NCBI RefSeq assembly: GCF_036321535.1
Contig: NC_087447.1
Coordinates: forward strand, 49,850,001 to 49,914,000
Source of the DNA: Camelus dromedarius
Taxonomy: Eukaryota
Direction of reading: 5' to 3'
Length of the DNA stretch: 64,000 nt
The notes under the pieces: model-generated
Database searches by the model: none
Seen by the model: only the letters and a program-made list of their open reading frames with translations
What the model was told of the DNA's origin: nothing
Part shown: in pieces, positions 53,159 to 64,000 of the stretch
How positions within the stretch are numbered: position 1 is the stretch's first letter
How the letters are laid out: each line of letters opens with the position of its first letter
Translations under genes and position numbers: made by a program

Positions 53159-55609
53159 AACTGATGCAATCTTGCTAAATTTACTATTAGTTTGATTATA
53201 GATTTAAATTTTTTTCTGTGTACACAATCATATAGCATCTGTGAATAGACAGACATTTTTGTTTCTTCTTTTCCTGTATTTATGACTTTTTCTTTTTATT
53301 CCCTTATTACCATAGTTTGGATCTTGAGTACAGTGTAGTGAAAAACCGGATATAGTATAGAGTAGTGAAAGTGGATATCTTGTTCCTGATCTTAAGTATA
53401 GTATTAGCTGCAGATTTTTTTGTGTAAACCCTTTATTAAATTGAGGAAACTCTCCTTTTTCCCTAGTTTGTTGAGGGTTTTTTGTTTTAAATCATTAACA
53501 GGTAATGAATTTTATCAAATACTATTTTAGGGCATCTTTTGAGATAAGGGTATGATTTTTCTCTTTCATTCTGTCACAGTTTAGTTTCAAATGTTAAATT
53601 TGTATTCCTCAGATAAATCCATTTGATCATGATGTATTAACTTTTTCATACATTGTTAGATTTGATTTGCTAACATTTTATTAATGATTTTTTGGTATTT
53701 ACATTCATGTATGATATTTATCTGTAATTTTTGTTCTTGTCATATTCTTGTTATGTTTTGGTATCAAGGTTATGCTGACCTCATAAAACAAATTGAAAAA
53801 TATTCCCTCTTATTTGGAAGATTTTTGTTAAGACTAGTATTTCACCAGTGAAGCCATCTGAACCTAGAATTTTCTATGTGAGGTTTTTTTGATTATAAAT
53901 TTAGCTTCTTTAACTGATAATGGCTATTCAGAGTTTCTGTTTGTCTTTTGTTTGCTTTGGAAATTTGTGGCTTTAAAACAACTTAACTATTTCATCTAAG
54001 TTTTTAAATTTATTGGCATATTGTTCATAATTTCCCCTAATTTCCATTAAACATCTATAGGATCTGTAGTGATGTCTTCTTTTGCATTCTTGATGCTGGT
54101 AATTTGTTTTTAGGTATCATTCTTTATCTCTCCGTCTCTTTCACTTTTCACATCTACACTGTCCTTCCTGTTCCCATTTTAATTTAGGACAATGCCTAAA
54201 CTTTTGCTAGGACTGTTACAGTAACCTCACACTAGCCTTCTTGTCTTGTTTCTCTGTGTCTCAGTCACATTGTTACAGGAAGAAAGATCTTTCTGAAGTG
54301 CAAATGTCATTAAATCTTTCTTGGCTTAAAACTTTTTAATGGTTTCCTAATACTTTCAAAATAAAAATCTAAGCTTTTTCATATGGAATACAAAATCATT
54401 AATGATAAAGACTCCTGTTTTTTTCCTGTATTTTCTTCTTCCTTGTAATCCCTGCAAGCCATAGGGAGCTTTGCTTCACTGCCTTTGTAAGTGCTCTAAT
54501 TTGTTATTCTTCATCTTAAAATTGAATACAGCATTTCACATGTGATATGGTCAACATTAAGCAGACAAAAATTTTCCCTAACTTCTCCTTTAGTGAGATT
54601 ATTGTTACTCTCTGGTTGATATGGTCTCAGTATTTATTTGACAGAATACCTTTTAGTTAGTGTACCTCTACATTCACAGCAATATCTAGCTGTAAAATTT
54701 TTTTTAGCCCAGTTTCAATTTTGCTGTTATCTCAAAACATACTGAGTAGTGGGATGCATCTATTGCTATAACCAGAATACCTATCAAGTAGCTACTTGAT
54801 CCCCCTCCTCCTCACACCAGTGATGATGAGTTTTATATCAGCTTGAGAGTGTTAGTGTTGGTACTGACTAATCACCCAGATGACTGGATGATATATATTT
54901 CTTTATAGTACCATTTCATAGTTTGTAAAATCAGGAAACATTCCTCTGAAACTGGCTAGCTGATTTGGAGGTAAAGCAGTTGTTTCTTTTCTTGTCACTC
55001 CTTCACCTCTCCACCCCCAGGGGAATGAGGATGTCCCATGTTATGTTTAAAAGCCTAAATACTTCTAACTTTTATTCTCCTGTTGAGTTTGAAAGGGGGG
55101 GCGTTATTAGCTTGATGTAGCAGGGGCTCTGAGAGTCTATTTGGATAACACTGAAGATTGGAGGAAATGTGACTCTGTCTGTGTGTTTTAAGCCCCTAAG
55201 GTAAGATCAGAAAGCGTCTGGGGCAGTGAGAGCCAAATAGTTGAAGTCATACATTAATTATGGTCATGAATCATTTTTATTTTTAAAGTCTTTACCATTT
55301 GACAAGGTTGTTTGCATAGTACCAGTGAGTTTTAGGCAGCATTTTCTCTCCATTTAAAGTAACAGGCTATTTTGTTGATTTCTGCTCTGGGTTGGTAATG
55401 CCTATCATATTAGAATTCTGATAACATTTTTAGTAAAACTTGCTTGTTTCTTACCGGAATGAATGGTCTTTATGTGACTTTTGTTTTGAATATATTTTGA
55501 AGTTGTAGATACAGAAAACTATCACATTAATCTTTCAGTCTTTCACTGATATCAACAAAAATAGTCAAAATCTTGGGACTACACTGTTATATGCTGGCAT
55601 TAGTTAGCA

Positions 55610-56090
55610 TTCAGTCAGCAACATGTTTTGAGTGCCTTTGTGCCACATTTTGTGCTAAGCACTGGAAATATATGAAAGAATGAGGGGTTTTTTCCCCCTC
55701 AGAAAGATCTAGTAAAGAAATAGACAGGGAAATAAACTGTTGCTGTAAAATATGATTCTATAATCTTTGTTAGTATTGTTATACACCTGTGTTACGGATT
55801 TCCATAGAAAGAGGTGCCTCTACCTGTCTGGAATAGTCAGGGAATGCCTTTGAAGAAGAGGTTATGCTTGAGCTGCCTCTTTGTGAGTTTAGGAGGGTAC
55901 TTATCTGTTCGGTGGCAGGGAAACTTGTAGGCAGAGAGAGCTCACTCAAAGGGACAGAAGCAGAAATAGCATGATGTGTTTGGAGAGTTGTCACTAGTTC
56001 ACTGTTGCTGCAGTTGAGCCTGCAAGGTAAGAATACCAGGAAATGAGGCTGGAGGTCTATGCTGGGATTACATCACAAAGGGCCTTTCCT
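55610..56090 (-). mobile_element. L2 LINE (antisense)
   Basis: ttcagtcagcaacatgttttgagtgcct...gtgctaagcactgg...gtcagggaatgcctttgaagaagagg...gaaatgaggctggagg. Confidence 0.7.
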
Positions 56091-56449
56091 TGCTTTTAAA
56101 TTTCTTTAGAGTCACTTTTGTAGGAGAGTATTACTATCAAGAGAGTGTGTACACATAACACTCCCAGAGCATGAGGCAGTAGGATGGTGTGTAATCTCCT
56201 CTGTTGGGTTCCTTCGGAGCCCTGAGGAAATTGCTGAAGAACTGATCTCATGAGCAAGAGTTGTTCCCTTTTAGATGACCTAAGAAATCATTAGTAACTA
56301 TCCAGCAGTTTTTGAAAGTGCAGAATATGGCATGAATATTTTTAGTGCATAGTATCACAGTAATAATGCTGGCAGAAGTATTGATCCCTAATACAATTGC
56401 CATCCCTCATTTATAGGATAACTTTCAGGTTAGGATTGTTGACTAGTTT

Positions 56450-58330
56450 TTAAAAACTGAAGTAAAACTTACATACAATGAAATGCTTAGATCTTAAGTT
56501 TAATTTCTGTGTATACTCATGTACCCCTCACCCCAGTCAAGATATAGAATATTTCCATCACCTCAGGTAGTTCCTTTGTTCCCCTTTGCTCTCTAACGGT
56601 CTGTCCTGCCTCATGTAGGCAACTAGCGACTCTTGATTTCTGTCACCATAGATAGCTTTTACCTGTTCTTGAACTTTGTTTAAATGGAATCATATGGTAT
56701 GTACTATTTTGTTTCTGGCTTTTTTCACTCAACGTAATGTTTTTGAGATTCATTCATCTTGTTGTGTAGATTAGTGTTGTGTTCTGTTTCATTGTTGAGA
56801 AGAATTTCATTGTGAGTGTACCACGATTTGTTTATTAATTCTCCTGTTTGATGGATATTTGAGTTGTTTGCCATGAATCTTCTTGTGGGCATGTTTTTAT
56901 ATTTCTTTTTTTTTTTTTTAACATTTTTTATTGATTTATGATCATTTTACAATGTTGTGTCAAATTCCAGAGTAGAGCACAATTTTTCAGTTATACATGA
57001 ACATATATATATTCATTGTCACATTTTTTTCTCTGTGAGATACCATAAGATCTTGTATATATTTCCCTGTGCTATACAGTATAATCTTATTTATCTGTTC
57101 TACAATTTTGAAATCCCAGTCTATCCCTTTGTTTTTATATTTCTTGAGTAAATGTTACGGAGTAGAAATACGGGGTCATGGGTTAACTGAATGTTTAAGT
57201 TTATAAGAAACATTTTTCCAAAGTGGTGATACTATTTTACACTTTTGCCAGCAATGCATGCAAGTATCAGTTGCTCCACATCCTTGATAACATTAGGTGT
57301 TGTCATTTTAATTTTAGTTATTCTAAGGTGTGAAATGGTATCTCATTACAATTTTAATATGCATTTCCATGGCAACTAAGATTTTGAACACCTTTTCCTT
57401 TGCTTATTGGCTTTCCTTATATCTTCTTTTGTGGAATATTTCACTCTTTTTTGCTCACTTTTAATTGGGTTGTCTCTGTTACTGATTTGTAAGAGTTCTT
57501 TATATACTCCAGAGAGTACTTTGTCAGGCTGCTGTTTTGCAAGTATTTTCTCCCAGTCCATGGTCTACTTTTATATTTTCTTAATGGCATCTTTAGATGG
57601 ACAGACATTTTTTATTTTGGTAAAGCCCAATTTATCCATTTTTAATTTTATGGTTAGTGCTTTTCATGTCTTCGCTGAGAAAGCTTTGCCTGCTTCAAAG
57701 TAGCGAGAGATTCTCCTATGTTTTCTTCTACAAACTTTATGGTACTAGCTTTTATGTTTACTATGCTTTCCTTGAATTAATTTTTTTGTTTGTGTTGTGA
57801 GGTAGGAAATGAGATTCATTTTTTCCTGACTATATTTATCCAATGTTCCAGCACCATTTACTTAAAAATCTTTCCTTTCTCCATTAATCTACCTAGGTTC
57901 CTTTGTCCAAAATCAATTGGCCATGTATGTGTAGGTTTATTTCTGTACTCTTTACTCTGTTCTATTGATCTTTTTTTTTATCCTTATGCCAGGACCATAT
58001 TGTTTTGATTAGGTAGCTTTTTAAAAAAAGAAGTCTGGCAGATTTCAAGATTGGTTTATCTCTAAATTCATTGTTTTTCTATATAATTTATAATATATAT
58101 CAGCTTCTTAATTTACAATAAGAAAAACACATACACACACACACACACACACACAAAGTCTGTTGGGATTGGAATTGTAATATTACTGAGCTGTATGTAG
58201 AGATATAACTGAATGTTGACCTTGTATCCTGTGATATTATTAGTTCTAGTAGTTGTTTTATAGATTCTCAATGATTTTCTACATGAAAAATGAAAATAAT
58301 GCCATCTGCAAATTAAGACAATTTGACCAT
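56450..58330 (-). mobile_element. Antisense old L1M (3' UTR plus ORF2), containing (AC)n at about 58126-58155
   Basis: Minus-strand ORF2-like peptide MDWEKILAK...YKELLQI...RKANKQRKRCS (57376..57561). Confidence 0.8.
56908..57129 (-). mobile_element. Young lineage-specific L1 3' end (same family as 12741-13463), 5'-truncated
   Basis: Highly similar to about 12786-12994. Perfect 16-bp TSD tgtttttatatttctt at 56892-56907 and 57130-57145. Confidence 0.93.
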
Positions 58331-58932
58331 TTTTAATATGTACATGTATACAAAATATATAAGTGATATTTAGAGACAAAGAGACCAAGAAAAACACAAA
58401 CCCATAATTAAAGCAAAAAAGGAAAATAACTCTTAATTTTTCCAATGTTCCTTGTTTCAAAGAGGCTGCTGCTTTAATTCAATCCTCTTAATTTGGGATT
58501 ACTGTTAAATTTCTTTTTTCTTTATGAATACCCATAAGTAATAGTCAGCCTTTATAGCAGTGATGTTCTTCTGGTGAGTTTAGTAATGCTCTTAATTTCT
58601 CTGGGCCTCAGTTTCCACATTTTTCAAATGATAGGATTTAGTCAGATTATTTTCTAAAGTCTCTCAGATTCCTGTGAATTCTGCATCTTAGCTCTCAATA
58701 CATCAGAGGCAGTCAGGTGGATATAGAAAGGGTGTTTTTAGAACCTATTGTAACTCTTGTCATTTCCCTGTTGTAAATATGCTAGAGACTTGTGAAATGA
58801 TCAGTTTGAGTTCATTATTAATTCTGTTTATCCTGGAAACTTTGTCCTCATTTTGTTCCATTTGTGTCTGTGGCTCTGTGTTGAGAGTTTACAGTTAATT
58901 CACTTAAATTTTTCTACAACTTTTATTTCTAG

Positions 58933-59038
58933 GCTTCATAGAGCCCAGTGTGCAATTAAACAGACTCAGGTAACTGTTCAGAAAATTGGAAAGGAAATTG
59001 AAGAAAAACTAAGACTCACATCTACAAGCAATGAGCTG
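58933..59038 (+). CDS. UVRAG: UVRAG internal coding exon (exon 7 in human numbering, from memory), 106 nt, start of the coiled-coil region
   Basis: Acceptor ttttatttctAG at 58931-58932 and donor CTG|GTAGGT at 59039. Encodes (R)[35 protein letters not shown], visible inside ORF 58853..59140. CG+G completes the Arg codon with the previous exon. Confidence 0.97.
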
Positions 59039-60659
59039 GTAGGTTTTTATATATTAACCTGTTTAAACTCCTTGATTTCTAAATGTGATCATCATGTTCT
59101 TCTTGTATTAATTTCCCTCATTTCCCCCAAAAAACTTTAGGTAGTTTTTTCTTTCTTTTCTTTTTCTCTTAATGTTTCACTGAGACTTTTTTTTTTTTTT
59201 CACTGAGACTTCTTTTAGCATTTAAATATTAGAAATAAATCTTCCCATCTGCTAATTATGTAACATACAAAGTGCCTGCCTTTTTATGCTAGTTAAAACT
59301 TCAGATTACATACAATTACTTAGAAGATAATCAAAAGCTATTTTATTAATATCTCATAAATGTGAACTCTAGACAAAAATTGTATAGTGAATGAAAAATA
59401 GCTGCCAGAAGGAAAAAATAATAAACTTTAGGGACTAATCTGCTTTTAAAAGATGAATTTAAAGTTATTTGGATTGAACTTAATAGGATGGTTTATGGAC
59501 AGTGTTCTCTTTTGGAAAAGATTCTTTTAATGAGGTATTTCCAAAGAAATAGAAATTCCAATCCAAATGAACAGATTTAAGATATTAGTATAATTTTGGG
59601 TTGCTTTATAATCTTTCTAGTGGAGAAAAAAATATTAATTTTGGAATGAAGATTCTGTCTTTTTAAGCAAAGTAGTGGGTATAACTAATAAACTGAGCTT
59701 TTCTCAAAGTAAAGCCATGTAGCTATTGATAGCTTTTGATGAAATCTGAACTATGGATAATGATCATTTCAACTCCTCAAATTAAGTCCTAAATAAAAAA
59801 ATTTTAAGTAATTGTTTGTACGAACTCATTGTCATAGTATTTTCCAGTTGTTATTCGCAGCACTATCAACCTGGCAAAAGGTCTTTATATCCCCAAACAA
59901 AAGTTCCATTACCTTTAAGATTTGCCCTAGATAATAATTCAATAGATGAACTATGAAAAAGCAACACTGCAATTAACATACACAGACTTCTCTCTCATGG
60001 AATTTGAAATTAATGGATGATAAAGTATTTAATCTACATAAAATTGCTGATTTTGACCTTTAAATGGCAGTATCATATAGTGCAACCTAATATATAAAAC
60101 GGCTAGTGCTGTACCTGGCATGTAGCAGGCATACAAAATATGGTAGCTGCAGTAACTGTAGTGGTAATACTTACTATTCATATAACTTTTCTTGCCTATG
60201 GAAAATATTCCACTTCGGAGAAACTGTTAAACCACCTCTTATTGTAACTTAGGCCCAATAAAGGAACAAATTCCAGACCGCAGATATATTGGAGGAGGAG
60301 AAAAAATAGCTAATTTTAATCCTTTCTGTAGTGTACAAAAATGCCACATTTTTGGAGCCTTTGTCTGGGGAGAAACTGCTAGGTTTTATTTTTCTTATTT
60401 TCCTCTCTCAAGGCAAGACTGGGAAATTACTTATTTCATTAAATGACAGCATATGCTTTGTCTCAGTATAGAAAAATGTATGTTTAATCCTATTTTTCTA
60501 AAATATAAGTGGTGACACGCAGAGCAAGGTGATAGAATGTATGAGTTTAAAGAGGTCAGGTTCAGAGGTTCACTGTGTGTTTTTATGCTGCCTGCTCAAC
60601 ATATAAGAAAATCACTGGATTTTTGAACTGAAAGTGAACCTAGAAATCTAGGTCCCTCG

Positions 60660-60912
60660 TAACCCCACTTAAAACTACCCCCCTCGGTACATTCTGTTCC
60701 CTTTCTTGCTTTGTTTTCTCCATAGTATTTATTACCCTTTAACAAGCTATATACTTTACATATGTATTTTATTTGTCTGTCTGTCTAAACTCTGTGAAGA
60801 GAGGGATTTTTGTCTTATGTTTTCCCCCTCACTTCTGTTATTCCCTAGTGTCTAGGAAAGTGTTTGACACATAGTAGGTGCTCAATAAATATTTGTTGAA
60901 TTTAAGAATGAA
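60660..60912 (+). mobile_element. L2 3' end
   Basis: ccctagtgtctaggaaagtgtttgacacatagtaggtgctcaataaatatttgttgaat. Confidence 0.8.
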
Positions 60913-61389
60913 TCTAGCATAATCTTCTCTTTTTAAAGAACAGGAGAATGAGACTGCATAAAGTAAGCAGCTGTCCCATAATCATTTGACAAATGGAGGC
61001 AGAAATTTTGGTTTCTTGGTCTCCTTTCAGGGAATAATGCCATGTATGCCATGTACTTGTTAATTTTATCTGATTTAGGTTTTACCTGTAGCAAATCAAA
61101 AGCCTTTGCTATTATCTTTTTTCTTCATTCCCTTTCCAAATTGACCCAAGGTCATCATACTCCAACCCAAGCATTTTCAATGTATAAGAATTAATTTTAA
61201 TTTTAGCCTAAGTATAAATGCAGTCAGAAGGAATACTTGATGGGGAAAGAAATCAGATTACCTTCTAAGAGCAAATGTAATTAACTGTTAGAAGAAATTG
61301 GGTACATACTTGATGACTTTCAAAAACGTGGCATCCTCTCACATTACAGCAATGTCCAACATAATTTTTTTGGTATTTAATTATGTTTT

Positions 61390-64000
61390 TTAGGAAATTT
61401 CTGCTTTTGTCATTTTGAATTTTTGTTTATATGTTTTGGATTTTGTCAAGTTGCCTTTCCTGTATCTGTTGAGATAATTTTATGTTTTTTTCTCTTGTAT
61501 TATGATGGTGAAATACAGTGATTGATTTTTGAATGTTAATCCGACTTAGCATTCCTAGGGAAGGCCCCTCTTGTTCATGATGAATATTCTTTTTATGTTT
61601 ATTTCTATGTTCAATTTGCTAGAATTTTGTGAAGGATTTTTGCATGTACATTCATGTGGAATATTGGTCCCTAGTTTTGTTGTCTTGTCATCTCTTTTTC
61701 TGATTTTGTTGTTGGGTAATGTTAGTCACAGCTAATGAACTGGAAAGTTGTATTCTGTTTTCTGGAAGAAGAAGTGTAGAATTGGAATTATTTCTTTAAT
61801 GTTCGGTAGAATTTGCCAGAGAAGCCATCTGGGCCTGTTGTTTTCTTTGCGGGCTTTGAGCTAGGAATTCAGTTCTTTAGTAGTTGAAGTGTTATTGAAG
61901 TTACCTGCTTCAGTAACTTCTTGAGTGAGCTTTGGTAACTTATATTGTTCAGTGATTTGTCCGTTTTGTTTGAGAGATCAGTCTTTTAAATTTTAGCTAT
62001 ATTATTGGGTGTGTAGTGCTTTCTTATTTTGGCTTATAATTGTATTTCTGTTATGAACATTTTTCTTATCTTTATTGGTTATTCATGTTTAAGAGGTGTC
62101 ATTTTAAATATTTTTGCCCATTAAAAAAAGAAAAACTCTTAAAAAAACAAAAAATCAAAAAAATTTACAAAAATACAAAATATATATATACATATATATA
62201 AAAGAAAAACTCTTGATTTAGATTTCTAGAAAACTTGCAAAAATAGTTCCGAGAGCTTTCATTACACCTTTCATCCAGTTTCCCCTAATGTTAACCTCTT
62301 GTATGACCGTGTTTTTTGACATTGTACATACGACTTGGTATATCATCAAACCAAAAAATTAACGTTGCTATATCACTATTAACTATGGACTTTATTCGGG
62401 TTTCACCAATGTTTCCACTAAAGTCTTTTATTTTACAGTATTTTTAGATTTATAGAAATATTACAAAGATAGTACAGAGAGTTACCCTGTAAACCCCACA
62501 CCCAGTTTCTCCCATTATTAATAGGTATTTTATAGAATATCCTTTGATTGGGATTTGTCTGATGTTTTGTTGTGATTAGACTAGGTCCTAATGTCTTTTT
62601 TTAATTCCAATATCTAGTCCAGGATACCACATTGGATTTAGTCATCATGACTTCCTAGGTTTCTCTAATCTTTGACAGTTTTTCTTTCTTTCCTATTTTT
62701 AAGTCACTGTGACAAATCACTGTTGATAACCTTGATCACTTGGTTAAGGTAATGTCTCCCAGGTTTATCCTCTCTAAAGTTCCCTTTCCATGCTCAGTTT
62801 TTTGAAACCAAGGTAGTAAGTCCTGTCTTTACTCAAGAAGAGGAGACTTAAGCTCCACCTCCTGGAAGGGAGACTATCTACATACATTATTCGGCATTTT
62901 CTTGTGAAGATTTGTCCCTTCTCCCCACCACTCCCACTTATTTTTTATTCAATCATTTATTTATCAGTATAGATTTGTGTATATTTATTTTATACTTTAG
63001 GTTATAATCTGATACTATGTTATTTATTTTCTTGCTTCAACAGTGACATTGAGAGTTCTTTCAAGTTGGCTCCTGTGCCTTTTTAACATGCCTCCTTTTT
63101 TGTTCGTTTGTTTTTTAAAGCAGGTTCTTAATTTCTGGCACTGTGTGATCCAGGCTCATCATGTATTTCCCCTGTCTCAGCCCTAGAAACAGCCATTTCT
63201 CCTAGGATTCCTGTTCCTTTCATTGGATAATGGTATTTAGAAACAAGGTCTGGGCACTGGGTGTGCTTGTTGCTGCTGAGTTGTAACCGCTTCTAGGCCC
63301 TCTTAGTGAACAGAGCCGGTGCACACAAACATCTGTTTCTCTCTGTATTGCAATTAATGTGAGTTCATACTAATATATTCAACTCTAACACCACAGAGTT
63401 TATTCTAGCCACGCCCCACTCATTTTGTTTATTTGTAGTATCTTTTCTGATAGTGAGAAACCATTACCTACAATTTATTTGCTTATTTTTTCAGTCCTAG
63501 TTTACAAGTCAAGTAGGTTCAGATTTTTTCCCTTATTTTTAAATGGTATTTTGTGTTCTTATGTTGTGGTTAAAGACTGTGGGCATGCATGTATGTGTGT
63601 GTATATTTTTTTTCCTGGATATAAGTCCTTTTTCTGATATGTATGTTGGGAATATTTTCTTCCAGTCTGTGGCTTGCCTTTTTGTGTTCTTAATGATGCT
63701 TCCTGAAGCACGAAAATTTAAAGTTTAATGAAATCCAATGTATTTTTTTAAATTTATTTTGTGGTTAGGGCTTTTTATGTTCTTTATAAGAAATCTGTGC
63801 CCAACCCCAAATCACACAAGTTTTCTCCTCTGTTTTGTGCTAGAAGTTTATAGTTTTGGGCTTTACATTTAGATCTATGATCCATCTCAAATTTAGTTTT
63901 TTTATGAGTTAAGTGAGGCAGTGCTTTCTTTATGAATATTCAGTAGATTTAGCATCATTTCTTTCCTTTCCCCATTTAATTGTGTGGAAATGTTTGTCTA
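61390..64000 (-). mobile_element. Antisense L1 block with nested L1MC-type 3' UTR pieces (about 62215-63510)
   Basis: Antisense ORF2 motifs at 61400-61980 and 63540-64000. L1MC motifs tttagatttatagaaatattacaaagatagtacagagag and cagccatttctcctagga. Confidence 0.72.

Larger units (their letters stand above)
51095..54110 (-). mobile_element. Antisense L1M (3' UTR plus ORF2) splitting an L2 (about 50700-51090 and 54115-54420)
   Basis: Continuous antisense L1 motifs. L2 sequence resumes on both sides. Confidence 0.75.

Noticed and set aside
54783..54800. Perfect 18-bp palindrome ATCAAGTAGCTACTTGAT
   Set aside because: Roughly 0.4 such palindromes are expected by chance in 64 kb of this composition, and there is no supporting context.
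54820..54867. Possible C/D-box snoRNA (GTGATGA...CTGA)
   Set aside because: It is too short (about 48 nt), with no convincing terminal stem or recognisable guide.
58853..59140. 95-aa ORF as a standalone gene
   Set aside because: Only 58933-59038 is exon. The flanks are intronic read-through.

Overview
Mammalian (eutherian) genomic DNA, AT-rich, CpG-depleted and repeat-dense. It is most likely a camelid (alpaca/llama/camel), inferred from a tRNA-Ala-derived Vic-1-type SINE and young L1 3' ends. The whole window lies inside the UVRAG gene on the + strand. Two coding exons are present: 14246-14331 (86 nt, [29 protein letters not shown]) and 58933-59038 (106 nt, [35 protein letters not shown]). 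They are joined in phase 2 across a 44,601-nt GT-AG intron. The rest is intronic and filled with L1 (mostly antisense), L2, MIR, CR1/L3, LTR and DNA-transposon relics, plus microsatellites. I do not see a convincing new multi-gene biological system. The most interesting signals are mechanistic. They are a tailless, 3'-truncated 5S rRNA retrocopy with a perfect TSD; a twin-primed young L1 with a possible mini 3' transduction; a chimeric L1 that appears to have captured about 250 nt of foreign sequence; several 'poly(A)-only' insertions; templated-insertion repair scars; a dense AP-1 motif cluster; and candidate poison exons or in-frame alternative splice sites of UVRAG. Repeat subfamily names come from recalled consensus motifs, and boundaries of old repeats are approximate.
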